DNA from: Phormidium sp.
GTDB lineage: Bacteria > Cyanobacteriota > Cyanobacteriia > Cyanobacteriales > Aerosakkonemataceae
NCBI GenBank assembly: GCA_051013385.1
Contig: CP143273.1
Coordinates: 672,001 to 736,000 of the forward strand
Direction: 5' to 3'
DNA: 64,000 nucleotides
Position numbers and translations under genes: made by a program. A model generated the notes under the pieces. The model was not told where the DNA came from and made no database searches. It saw only the letters and a program-made list of their open reading frames with translations. Of this stretch, positions 50,730-60,219 are shown piece by piece. Positions within the stretch are counted from its first letter, which is position 1; every line of letters begins with the position of its first letter.

Positions 50730-51571
50730 AGAGTACCTTCTGCTGTCTTTTGAAGTTCTAATGATGGGATGGCTAGCAGAATTAACGGCTGACTCGGTTG
50801 AATGGGCTGATTCATATCAACTAGCCACTGTCTGTTGGCGATGAGATGACGAGCAACTGAAAGACCAATTCCTGGTGGCAGTCCAAGTGCATCGTCACAG
50901 TCTGCCGCTATCTCAGCCAGTGGCTGGTTATTTGTTGTTGCTACCCGCAAAGTTAGAGCAGTCGCAATTCGACGAATTTGTTGGTCTGAAAGTGAGAGGT
51001 CTTCGGTTGAGAAGTAAGGATGTAGCCAACCAATATTTTTAGCAAGTATCATGGGAATTTCGTGTTCTGTGACGATTCCCCAGTCAATATCTTTAGCGAG
51101 CCAGTATTGGCGCTCAATCTCTAATTTTTCTATGGTGCGCTCTGATTGCAAATCGGCAGCAGTTTTGACCGTGCGAGCCTGTTCTTTTGTCCCCGTGCTA
51201 TGAGTGTGACTAATCAAAAAGTCTGTCGTCATCACAATCGGGTTCTGAGTTTTCGGGTCTCTAGGGTGACGGATTTGGCAGTGTTGAGCAATTGCTACTG
51301 TTTCCTCTATTGGTAGTAGCGGATACTGCTCTCTGATGTCTACCACTGAATTAGACCATTCCAGTAGATAAAAGTAGTTGAGTTCTAGCTGGCTGAGAAA
51401 GTGGTGGACTCTTTTGGTCTTGATGCCCTTGATTCGAGTCACGAGACCTCGTGAAGCCACATCTTGAACTAGTAGCCAAGGCAAGTAGTCCGAACCTTGC
51501 CCTTGTCCACGACCTTGTTTGATTCGTCGGTCGATGACTGCTTGGGTTGTCACTCGGTTGCGTTTAGCCAT
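50726..51571 (-). CDS. tnsA: Tn7-like endonuclease TnsA
   Basis: Motifs GRGQG, HHFLSQLE, DIREQYPL, MTTDFL, ARTVK and EKLEIERQYW. Confidence 0.93.
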   Translation of the reverse strand: MAKRNRVTTQAVIDRRIKQGRGQGQGSDYLPWLLVQDVASRGLVTRIKGIKTKRVHHFLSQLELNYFYLLEWSNSVVDIREQYPLLPIEETVAIAQHCQIRHPRDPKTQNPIVMTTDFLISHTHSTGTKEQARTVKTAADLQSERTIEKLEIERQYWLAKDIDWGIVTEHEIPMILAKNIGWLHPYFSTEDLSLSDQQIRRIATALTLRVATTNNQPLAEIAADCDDALGLPPGIGLSVARHLIANRQWLVDMNQPIQPSQPLILLAIPSLELQKTAEGTL

Positions 51572-51582
51572 GAGGCATTCAC

Positions 51583-51628
51583 TGTCAAGTTGACATTTCT
51601 AATTTACCATTTATTTGTCAATCTGACA
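51583..51628. promoter_or_regulatory. Two TGTCA-N3-TGACA palindromes flanking a putative tnsA promoter
   Basis: Palindromes at 51583-51595 and 51616-51628. The minus strand reads CTGTCA-N17-TAAATT with an extended TG. A third copy lies at 51978-51990. Confidence 0.65.
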
Positions 51629-51699
51629 GGCAAAACAGCGTATGATTGCGGGAGTAGTCTTCTGTTTCACTCATCAGTGGGCTAAAGACAAACTTTCTC

Positions 51700-51972
51700 T
51701 TGAGGATAGAATTAAGCTCTGTGGAACTCCAAGATTTTTTAGCCAAGTACCCGACAACAACTTGCAGCGATTTGGCGAGAATCTGTAACTGCTCTTTAGC
51801 TACGACACAGCACTGGTTTGTTGAGGGTGATAGTCGTAGGAAACCAAAAGCGGAACACAAATTACGTTTGTCCATTGCTGATTACGTTTGGTCTCTCGAT
51901 CTCTTGGAGCCAGAAGAGTTTGATGCACTTAGACAACTCAGGCGAGAGCAACTGTCTCGAAATTCACTCTAA
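51700..51972 (+). CDS. Small HTH (Xre-like) protein divergent from tnsA
   Basis: SDLARICNCSLATTQHWF...RRKP HTH pattern; lies inside the transposon ends. Confidence 0.65.
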   Translation: MRIELSSVELQDFLAKYPTTTCSDLARICNCSLATTQHWFVEGDSRRKPKAEHKLRLSIADYVWSLDLLEPEEFDALRQLRREQLSRNSL

Positions 51973-52020
51973 TTTTTTGTCAAAATGACAAAAGTTCTTT
52001 CAACGTGAATGGCTCTCCCC

Positions 52021-52107
52021 GCTAGGTTAATCATTAAGTTAGTTTAATTAATTATTCTTCAGTTTAGTTAACTATTCTCTGGTTCAGTTAACTATTCTTT
52101 TCATACA
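52021..52107 (-). repeat. Tn7-like right end: tandem TnsB sites with 20 bp period plus terminus
   Basis: Sites at 52081-52099, 52061-52079, 52041-52059 and a degenerate one at 52021-52039; terminus ttcataca. Confidence 0.88.
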
Positions 52108-52280
52108 TGTGTTTATGCAGAACAATTAGGTTTGTACCAATGCTTGAGGCTTATGTACACCAATACACTCAGGATAATGTTTCCGCTTTTGGTCGAAAGT
52201 TTGGCTTATCTAGATATGAAATTATTCGTTGGTATTCAGGCGTAACTATTCCAAATTTGGATAAACTTTTACTTATTACA
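52108..52280 (+). pseudogene. Possible fragment of a TniQ-associated or Xre HTH domain outside the right end
   Basis: DNVSAFGRKFGLSRYEIIRWYSGVTIPNLDKLLLI resembles the internal HTH of cyanobacterial TniQ proteins; recognised by eye only. Confidence 0.4.
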
Positions 52281-52687
52281 GATACTCATGACAAGCCGCG
52301 ATCGCCTGCATTGCTGGCGATTTTTGACTTTTATGAGTAATCCGTTAATTTTTGGTTTGATCAAGGATATTTCGCTCAAAAGCTCCAAAATACCTGCTCT
52401 TTAGACTCTTAAGTTGGTTTTATTGTGCAGAAAAATTAACAGCATATTCGTTCTCAGTAAGTCTATCTACTATTATTCTTTAAGATTAGTTAATATACAA
52501 TAATACGGAGAAAATTTGTAAAAAATTTATAAATTAGCGCCTATGTATAAATTTATTGTAAAAATAATCTCTCGCTCGTTGATTCGGAGAGTATAATCAC
52601 GGAAGATAGAAGTTTAACTTTTATCAAAATCTCCGCAGTGTTACTGAGATCGAGAAAATTTATCATTTCTTAAGCTGCCTTCTGCCT

Positions 52688-52960
52688 TCAATCAATATCC
52701 GAGTGTTGCTTTTGCTGCATAAATTGTTTCATTGATTGGCGACGATTAGCCATAAATTTGTGCCAAAAACCGGGGTACAAATCATCCATTGTTTTGGTAA
52801 TTGACCAAATTTCCATGCCGATCATGCTGTGTAAAGAGCGATCGGATTTTTCCAATTCTTCCAGGTGTTGAGCAATATTTACCAAAGTTTGAGTGTCAAG
52901 AACGACTTGTTTTTTTGGATCAGGAGGTTGATAAACATTCAACTGTAGCATAGTTAGCAA
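52688..52960 (-). CDS. Conserved cyanobacterial hypothetical protein
   Basis: 90 aa; GMEIW...D...PGFW..FM.NR pattern. Confidence 0.6.
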   Translation of the reverse strand: MLTMLQLNVYQPPDPKKQVVLDTQTLVNIAQHLEELEKSDRSLHSMIGMEIWSITKTMDDLYPGFWHKFMANRRQSMKQFMQQKQHSDID

Positions 52961-53249
52961 CTCTTAATCAGCGAATTTGGATACATCTTTACCAGAAAGC
53001 CATTGCAGAACACCCCACCGGAATTACTAGTGCAGTGCGGCAGAAATAACCAATCAGTTGAAAACAGGTAAATAGCTGGACAGAAAAGCTAATCAAACTC
53101 TTCTGCTCTAGAGCCTTCTGCCTTTCTTATAGTATTAAACTAATATTTAGCATTAATTTTACCTATTGCACCTGATGAGGAGTAAATTTTACGATTGCTT
53201 GATAAAAAGCTTGGGAAAATTTAAATATTCTTGTTACACAGCAAGGTTG

Positions 53250-53463
53250 TATAGCGTTTTTCTGGCCTTGTCAGGCAGGCATCAGTGTTATTCTCTGTTA
53301 AGACTTCCCGAAAACCAGAGACTCTTAGGACTTATGCACCATAACCCAAAAAAACCCGGTTTCTCGTTCTTACCCAAACGCCCAAATCAAGAAATTACCT
53401 TAAGAAATTGGGTTTGGAGTATAAGTCTTAACTCTGTAGTTCATGCGCCTGAAAATTGCTATA
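53250..53463. mobile_element. Nested degenerate MITE-like elements
   Basis: Outer TATAGCGTTTTTC...GAAAATTGCTATA and inner TAGGACTTATGC (53326)...GTATAAGTCTTA (53430) inverted repeats. Confidence 0.5.
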
Positions 53464-53610
53464 GTGTGATTGTTTTATACAATACAGATTAGCTTACTTT
53501 ATAAAAATTTATAAATTTTGGCAAAACTAGTTAATACCATACATTACTTAGACTTAGCCAAATTCACACATAAAGTTAAATTTAACTGCTATAACCAGTA
53601 TATTCAGATA

Positions 53611-53784
53611 TCATTCCGCTAGGAACCATGAAAGAAAAATCACAAAAATTGTTAACAGGAACCAGGTGGGAATATGGAATAGATCTAGGAGGTTTAAAGG
53701 AATGAATATTAAAACCTGAGTGCAAAAAGCACCACTAATAATTAATACTATAAGTAATATAGCTATAGGCATAGGATCTACCAT
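53611..53784 (-). CDS. Small two-TM membrane protein
   Basis: MVDPMPIAILL...FLSWFLAE; using the start at 53784 avoids overlap with the divergent gene. Confidence 0.5.
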   Translation of the reverse strand: MVDPMPIAILLIVLIISGAFCTQVLIFIPLNLLDLFHIPTWFLLTIFVIFLSWFLAE

Positions 53785-53848
53785 TTTACTCAAGACAAGT
53801 TCAATTATAGCAAAGCAACCACTTTTTTTGGAATTCTGATTATTACTT

Positions 53849-56800
53849 ATGATACTAGGAATAAATCTTAAAGGGAACCCGCTAAAAGTTAGCAAATTAA
53901 TCTTCATTTATTCATTTTTGTCAACTTTGTGGTTCTTGTTGACTTCACAATTGTTTAGTTTGCTAGCCAAAAACAGTTTGACGTTGAGATACTTACAGAT
54001 CATGGCAAATTGTATTTTTGTATTTTTTACCGCTTGGTTACTTTACTACTCAATTAGCCGTTTACAGCGACAATTAAAACAAACGAAGCAAGAGTATTAT
54101 AACTTATTTAATCATACGGTTGAAGGAATTTATCAAGTATTGCCTTCAGGAATTTATATTAATGCTAATCGGGCTTTAGCAGAAATTTATGGGTATAATC
54201 ATCCTGAAGAAGTAATTGCTAATTGTAATTGGAAAGAGTTAGATGTTGACTATCAAAAACGGGAAGCTTTTCTGAATAGATTGTATATAAATGGTGTTGT
54301 TTATGGGGAAGTGTTTGAAATTTACCGCCGGGATAGGAGCATTATTTGTGTAGTAGAGAATGCTTGTGCTGTCCGAGATAGTTTAGGAAAATTATTGTAT
54401 TATCAAGGCACAGTTCAAGAAATAAATAATCATAACAATTCGACAGAGGGTGAAGAAGAATTATCAGAAGACAGCAGTACCATATTGATGGCTGTGATTG
54501 AAGGGATGAGTGATGCGGTATTTGTAAAAAATCATCAGGGAAGATATTTAATGACTAATGAACCAGGGGCTAGGTTCTTGGGAAAATCTGTTAATCAATT
54601 ATTAAATGCTTATGACTGGGAATTGTTTCCGCGAGAGGTGGCGCAACAAATTAGGGAGAGCGATCGCTTAGTATTAGCCACAGGAGAAACTGTCACTTAT
54701 GAGCAGATTACTACTATTTTAGATAAAAATAATCAACCTGTATCCCGAAGTTTTATAGTTAGTAAAAGTGTTTATCATAATTCTGAAGGTAAAACTTTAG
54801 GATTACTTTCTATTGCTAAAGATATCACTGATTATAAACAGGTAGAGGAGGAAAAAAGCCAACTATTAGAACAAGTCAAAAAAGATATTGAAGATTTAGC
54901 AGCACTGGCTGAAGCGACAGCAAATGTTCCCAATACTATAGATTTAAAACAACTACTAGATACATTATTACAGCAAATAGTTGAAGTTTTATCAGCAGAT
55001 ACAGCAGTAATTTTATTAAAAGATAACGGTTATTTGCGCTATACAAATGGAGTAGGAGTAAATCCAGAAATTAGTATCTATTATGAAGTGCCTGTTGGGG
55101 AAGGATTTGCAGGTACTATTGCTAAATCTATGGAACCACTATATGTTAAGGATACCATAAATGAACCTACGATAGAAGTATTGAATGCTACTTCGTTGAC
55201 ATTCATTCTAGAGCAGGGAATTCAGACATTGTTGGGTGTACCACTCAAACGCAACGGCAACTGTATTGGTGTGATCCACTTGGGTTGGTGCCAGATTCAT
55301 CCGTATAATGAACGAGAATTACACCTTTTGGAAATTACATCTGAGCGTTGTGCAATGGCGATCGTTAATACCGAACTTTACGAGCAGACTCAAAGATTGC
55401 AGAAATTACGACAATTACAAATTGAGCGAATGCCGATCGGATTTATTCTTACCGATCCTGACTTCCATTTTTTAGATTGGAACCCCGCTGCGGAAATGAT
55501 TTTTGGTTTTACTAAAGAAGAAATTCTGGGAAGACATATTTTTACCATTGTTCCTGAATCAGCTAAAACTAACTTTGGCATAGTTTTGTTGCGGCTAAGT
55601 CAAGGAGATATGACTGCTCATAGCATTAATGAAAATATTACAAAATTCGAAAAAATTATTATTTGTGAATGGCGGAATACTCCACTACAAGAAACTGATG
55701 GCACAATTTATGGTCATTTGTTCATGGTGCAAGATATCACGGAGTTAAGAAAAGCGCAGGAAGAAAGATTGCGTTATGCTTTTTATGATGCGTTGACTGG
55801 ATTACCGAATCGAGCTTGGTTTTTAGAACATTTGGGCAAGCTTTTACAGCGAGAACCGAAAGATTCTCAGGAGATTACCCGATCGCAAAGTCCGAATTTC
55901 GCTGTGCTTTTCTTGAATTTAGAACGGTTTGAAATTGTTAAATCTAGTTTAGGACATTTAATAGCAGATCAATTGCTAATTGCTACGGCGCGACAGTTAG
56001 AAAATTGTTTGCGCCCAACTGATAAAGTCGCTTATTTAGGTAGAGATGAGTTTGCAATTTTATTAGAAGATATTTCGGATGCTAAGATTGCCAAGGAAAT
56101 AGCTAACCGCATTTATCAACAATTAAGCTTGCCTTTTAATTTGGATGGGCATGAAATATTTTCTAGCGCTAGTATTGGGATTGCGATTAGTAAAGAGTTG
56201 GGTAATTTACCTGATTATCAGCGTCCTGAAGACTTTTTGCGAGCAGCAGATACGGCGATGCACTCAGCGAAAGGTGGTAGGACTCCAGTGGTATTTGAGA
56301 CAAATATGTATACTCATGCTTTGTCTCGTTTGCAGTTGGATACTGATTTAAGAAGGGCGATCGCACTGTTAGCGAAATGCAATAATGAAGCTCAAGAATT
56401 TGAATTATATTATCAACCAATTGTCTGCTTAAAAGCTGATGAAATTAGGGGTTTTGAAGCTCTAATTCGGTGGAATCATCCAACTAGAGGATTAGTTTCA
56501 CCTGCTGAGTTTATTCCAGTTGCAGAAGAAAGTAGATTAATTATTCAGATCGGACTATGGACACTCAGAACAGCTTGTCAACAGTTGCGAATTTGGCAAC
56601 GACAATTTCAGCGCAGTTTAATGATGAGTGTTAATCTTTCTGGTATTCAATTAGAACAAGCTAATCTGACTGCACAAATTGAAGGAGTTTTGGGAGAAAT
56701 TTGGATTGCACCTAACACTTTAAAGCTGGAAATTACCGAAAGTGCTATTATGAGAAATACTGAATCTGTCCCAGCTTTGTTAGGTCAAATTAAACAAAAT

Positions 56801-57130
56801 AAAGTGCTTTTGGCTATTGATGATTTTGGGACAGGTTATTCATCTTTGAGTTATTTACATCGATTTCCGATCGATACTTTAAAGATCGATCGCTCTTTCG
56901 TTAGTCGCATGACTTCCGATGGCGAAAATTTAGAAATTGTCCGCTTAATTGTGACTTTGGCTCATACTTTAGGAATGGATGTCACCGCCGAAGGAGTAGA
57001 AAACCTGGAGCAATTAGCTTTATTAAAAAGTTTAGGATGTGAGTATGGACAAGGTTATTTCTTTTCTAAACCATTAAATCAAAAAGCTGCTACAGAATTG
57101 TTAGAAAAAAATTTAGGAGTTCAATACTAG
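53849..57130 (+). CDS. PAS/GAF/GGDEF/EAL protein, probable c-di-GMP phosphodiesterase
   Basis: Two N-terminal TMs, PAS, PAS, GAF, PAS, a degenerate GGDEF (LNLERF, GRDEF) and an intact EAL (FEAL, EITES, DDFGTGYSS, AEGVE). Confidence 0.9.
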   Translation: MILGINLKGNPLKVSKLIFIYSFLSTLWFLLTSQLFSLLAKNSLTLRYLQIMANCIFVFFTAWLLYYSISRLQRQLKQTKQEYYNLFNHTVEGIYQVLPSGIYINANRALAEIYGYNHPEEVIANCNWKELDVDYQKREAFLNRLYINGVVYGEVFEIYRRDRSIICVVENACAVRDSLGKLLYYQGTVQEINNHNNSTEGEEELSEDSSTILMAVIEGMSDAVFVKNHQGRYLMTNEPGARFLGKSVNQLLNAYDWELFPREVAQQIRESDRLVLATGETVTYEQITTILDKNNQPVSRSFIVSKSVYHNSEGKTLGLLSIAKDITDYKQVEEEKSQLLEQVKKDIEDLAALAEATANVPNTIDLKQLLDTLLQQIVEVLSADTAVILLKDNGYLRYTNGVGVNPEISIYYEVPVGEGFAGTIAKSMEPLYVKDTINEPTIEVLNATSLTFILEQGIQTLLGVPLKRNGNCIGVIHLGWCQIHPYNERELHLLEITSERCAMAIVNTELYEQTQRLQKLRQLQIERMPIGFILTDPDFHFLDWNPAAEMIFGFTKEEILGRHIFTIVPESAKTNFGIVLLRLSQGDMTAHSINENITKFEKIIICEWRNTPLQETDGTIYGHLFMVQDITELRKAQEERLRYAFYDALTGLPNRAWFLEHLGKLLQREPKDSQEITRSQSPNFAVLFLNLERFEIVKSSLGHLIADQLLIATARQLENCLRPTDKVAYLGRDEFAILLEDISDAKIAKEIANRIYQQLSLPFNLDGHEIFSSASIGIAISKELGNLPDYQRPEDFLRAADTAMHSAKGGRTPVVFETNMYTHALSRLQLDTDLRRAIALLAKCNNEAQEFELYYQPIVCLKADEIRGFEALIRWNHPTRGLVSPAEFIPVAEESRLIIQIGLWTLRTACQQLRIWQRQFQRSLMMSVNLSGIQLEQANLTAQIEGVLGEIWIAPNTLKLEITESAIMRNTESVPALLGQIKQNKVLLAIDDFGTGYSSLSYLHRFPIDTLKIDRSFVSRMTSDGENLEIVRLIVTLAHTLGMDVTAEGVENLEQLALLKSLGCEYGQGYFFSKPLNQKAATELLEKNLGVQY

Positions 57131-57173
57131 ATCCCCGACAACTTCTGCGAAGTCGGGGATCTATATTATGTCA

Positions 57174-59879
57174 CTAAACGTAAGTGAAGTAACTACTTTG
57201 CAGATTTAAGTCGTTGAGATTTTCGACGATCGCGATTAGTTCATTCACCCCCGGAGTTTTTTGATAAATCGCCGTTCCTTTCGGCATTCCTTCGGGAGTA
57301 GCAGCTAATAGGTAACTATTTGCTGAACCGCGCAAGACGATCGAATCTTGCGTAGAATCAAAATCAGCAATTAAAGCATAATCGCTCATGCCTTTATCTG
57401 TATTTTTGCCGTCATTGTAGAAAGTACTAATCAGATTTCCTAAGACAAAAGTATCAGCTTCCGAACCACCAGTTAAAACATCAACTTCGCCAAGTCCCGG
57501 ATTAGGATTATTAGGATTAACACCAATTAAGCGATCGCTACCCTTATCTCCATTGAGGCTATCATTGCCTTGATTACCGTACAAATCATCATGGGCTTTG
57601 CCACCATAAACAATGTTACCTTCTCGATCGCCGTAGAGAGTATCATTCCCTTGGTTGCCGTAAGTAGCGCTTTTACCTTTGGTGTAAATAATGTCATCAC
57701 CTTTGTTGCCATAAAGCTCATCTTCGTCACTACCAGCGTAAATTACATCATCATCTTGACCGCCGTAGAGAGTATTAATTCCCTCGCCACCGTAAAGGGT
57801 ATCCTCACCTTGATTACCATAAACCTCATCATCCCCTTGATCGCTGTAAAACAAATCCTTACCAAGACCACCGTAGAGATTATCGCTACCTGCGCCGCCG
57901 TATAGCACATCATCCCCATCTTCCCCGTAAATAGAATCATTACCTGTATCACCGGAAAGAGTTTCATTTCCTGCGCCTCCCTTCTCTTCAATAATCGGTA
58001 AATCAGCACTACCACCGCCACCATCGTTATCGCGGATAGTGCCTAAACCTTGCGCTTTACCAATTACTGCTCCGACAGCATTAGTGAGGAAAATTGGGGC
58101 AGTTTCGTCAAATTCTGGTTGACTATCATCAATGACATTCAATCTAACAAACTGTTTAGTTTGACCGGGTTCAAAAACTACTTCGCCTTTACTTGTAATC
58201 GTAGTTACATCAGGTCTGCCACCAAAAAGTTGACCGCTAATTTCACCTTTTGGAGAACCTTTGGTTTGCACACTTATATATAATTCTGTGTCTTCTCCTG
58301 ATGTTACTCTTCGCAAAGATTGGGCAAAATCACTAATAGATGCTTTGGCTTTATCTGTGGTTTCCCAAACACCAGTAATAATTGTTGAACCATCATCATT
58401 AATTCTGGCTCGCCAATCGTCTGTATCTTGACCAGCTTTGGAAATATCTAATACAACCTCGTCATTCCCAGACAATCTCTCCCGGCGAAACTCAATACTA
58501 ATTACATCGTCATCAGTATTGGGTGTTTGGGGTGTTTGACCTAACAAAGAGCCAAAATCTAAACCGGAAAATTTGGTGGAGTAAGTTAGTGCATCTCCGG
58601 TTCTATTTAATTGGAAAAAGCCGAAACCATTAGCTTTTTGACTACCTGTAAAAACTGTGGCAAAAGAACTATTACCATCTGAGTTGGCAAAAGTAAGAGC
58701 GTAGTCTACTGTAACTCTTTGGTTACTGGGTCGAGAAAGAGTGATTTCATAGTTTAGGGTAGTAAAACTCTCTACGACGGAGGTGTTATTGGCAGAAATA
58801 ATCGGCAAATCGCTTGGCTGTTCATCTGTACCGCCATCTGCACCACCTTGGTTAGTTTGGTCGTTAGTGTCGTATAAATAACCAAGTTCGGCAGTGGAAA
58901 TTAGTTGTTCGGTTGTAAGTCCATTAAAACTGAACAATGGGTCATTAATTCTGGCACCTGGGACTTGAGAAGAGAAGGGACGAAAACCTGTGTTGTCTTG
59001 GTTAGTTTCCACCCATTCCGTCCACAAGCGATCGATATTCGCATGATGTAAAAAGAACAAAGGATCGTTGGGAGAAGTCGCCTGGGTCATCTCGCCACCC
59101 ACCCAAACGTGAGTGTTATTGTGAAGACCACTTTCCAAACCTACAGAAAAGCTCTCAAAGGTGGGAATATTGAGAACGCGATCGACCTGTGCTCTAGTGG
59201 GAAAGCTGGCTTGACCGGGAAAAATTGAGTCTGGACTTGGTAGGATGTTGCTGTTGCGTTGCAAAAATCTCTGAGGAGGCTCTACTCGTCCATCTCGGTT
59301 CAAATCAGACGGACTGCTGAAGGTAAGTGCCCAAAAACCCTGTTGATTTAATTGTTCCGGGGATAAGTTCCGCAGTGAAAAAGGCGCAGGGCGAAATGGC
59401 CCAGTTCTGATGAAGTAATTGTCTTGAGCATTACCAAAACCTCCCATGAAGTCGTCGGTAAACACAGCTGCGGTACTCTCAGAATCGGTGGGGTCCCAGT
59501 AAGGTAAGGTTACGGTGGGATCTACCGATCGCAAATCCTCTTCAAACCGTCGCAACAATTCCCGGTGCCAAGGTAAAAACACGAAGGATTGGTAATCTCG
59601 CGTACTATGCACTGGTGCCACACTAGACATAACATCATGTAACTCAAGCGTCTCACCATTATGGGAATGTACTCCCTCCATTGCCAGTTGGTGCAATCTT
59701 ACGTAGTAGTCATAAGCATTGGGGACAGTTTCATTGGTGTTTGTTTCGGGATTAAAAACGGTGTAGGGAGAGGGGCGATTTTTTAAAGCTTTAACTGCAT
59801 TAACAAAGCGTTGCTTCTCTTCTGGAGTTAGATCTTTGACATTCTTGCGAACTAACAAATTATCATTTTCTTGGCTCAT
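57174..59879 (-). CDS. Tyrosinase with Calx-beta/CHRD-like region and RTX Ca-binding repeats
   Basis: Six Cu-ligand His (RLH, PVH, LPWHR, LHNNTH, FLHH); Calx-beta-like TLS.PS...VTVDY, F.PGQT and IRDND; many GGxGxD nonapeptides. Confidence 0.88.
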   Translation of the reverse strand: MSQENDNLLVRKNVKDLTPEEKQRFVNAVKALKNRPSPYTVFNPETNTNETVPNAYDYYVRLHQLAMEGVHSHNGETLELHDVMSSVAPVHSTRDYQSFVFLPWHRELLRRFEEDLRSVDPTVTLPYWDPTDSESTAAVFTDDFMGGFGNAQDNYFIRTGPFRPAPFSLRNLSPEQLNQQGFWALTFSSPSDLNRDGRVEPPQRFLQRNSNILPSPDSIFPGQASFPTRAQVDRVLNIPTFESFSVGLESGLHNNTHVWVGGEMTQATSPNDPLFFLHHANIDRLWTEWVETNQDNTGFRPFSSQVPGARINDPLFSFNGLTTEQLISTAELGYLYDTNDQTNQGGADGGTDEQPSDLPIISANNTSVVESFTTLNYEITLSRPSNQRVTVDYALTFANSDGNSSFATVFTGSQKANGFGFFQLNRTGDALTYSTKFSGLDFGSLLGQTPQTPNTDDDVISIEFRRERLSGNDEVVLDISKAGQDTDDWRARINDDGSTIITGVWETTDKAKASISDFAQSLRRVTSGEDTELYISVQTKGSPKGEISGQLFGGRPDVTTITSKGEVVFEPGQTKQFVRLNVIDDSQPEFDETAPIFLTNAVGAVIGKAQGLGTIRDNDGGGGSADLPIIEEKGGAGNETLSGDTGNDSIYGEDGDDVLYGGAGSDNLYGGLGKDLFYSDQGDDEVYGNQGEDTLYGGEGINTLYGGQDDDVIYAGSDEDELYGNKGDDIIYTKGKSATYGNQGNDTLYGDREGNIVYGGKAHDDLYGNQGNDSLNGDKGSDRLIGVNPNNPNPGLGEVDVLTGGSEADTFVLGNLISTFYNDGKNTDKGMSDYALIADFDSTQDSIVLRGSANSYLLAATPEGMPKGTAIYQKTPGVNELIAIVENLNDLNLQSSYFTYV

Positions 59880-60219
59880 TTTTCTACACTCCTGACAATT
59901 TTAGTACTTAAATCAAAAGGTTGCTCCCATTCGCCAATTGTGGCGAAAAATGGTTGTTAAAAATTTAACCTAAAGCAACCTCTACGTTGATTTAAATTAC
60001 TATATGTCTTAACTTTTGACACTTATGCAAAATTTTGCTAATCACTAGCTAAATTTAATATTTTTTTACGTAGATCTATAACTAAATAGTTAAAAAATTA
60101 ACCAATAAAAATACCCTTAAGGGGCAATTTGCAGGTGTGGAAAAAAGTTAAAGGTAAAGGGGAAAGGAATAATTTAAACCTTTCCCCTTGAATCGAGAAT
60201 TATTGCCAGAGAGCCTTTT

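Larger units (their letters stand above)
45196..52107 (-). mobile_element. Compact Tn7-like transposon (tnsABCD plus small HTH gene, no cargo)
   Basis: Ends TGTATAAA-GAGAATAGTTAACTGAACC and (reverse complement) TGTATGAA-AAGAATAGTTAACTGAACC, multiple TnsB sites at both ends, and intact tns genes. Confidence 0.9.

Noticed and set aside
51618..51875. 85 aa minus-strand ORF upstream of tnsA
   Set aside because: Antisense shadow of the HTH gene, which has a recognisable motif.
45196..52107. CRISPR-associated transposon (CAST)
   Set aside because: There are no cas genes or array between the mapped ends; the tns genes and the HTH gene fill the element.
53166..53492. 108 aa ORF
   Set aside because: Runs through nested MITE-like inverted repeats and has no protein motifs.
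53849..57130. Active diguanylate cyclase
   Set aside because: The signature is GRDEF and the metal-binding DLD is replaced by NLE; only the EAL domain looks catalytic.
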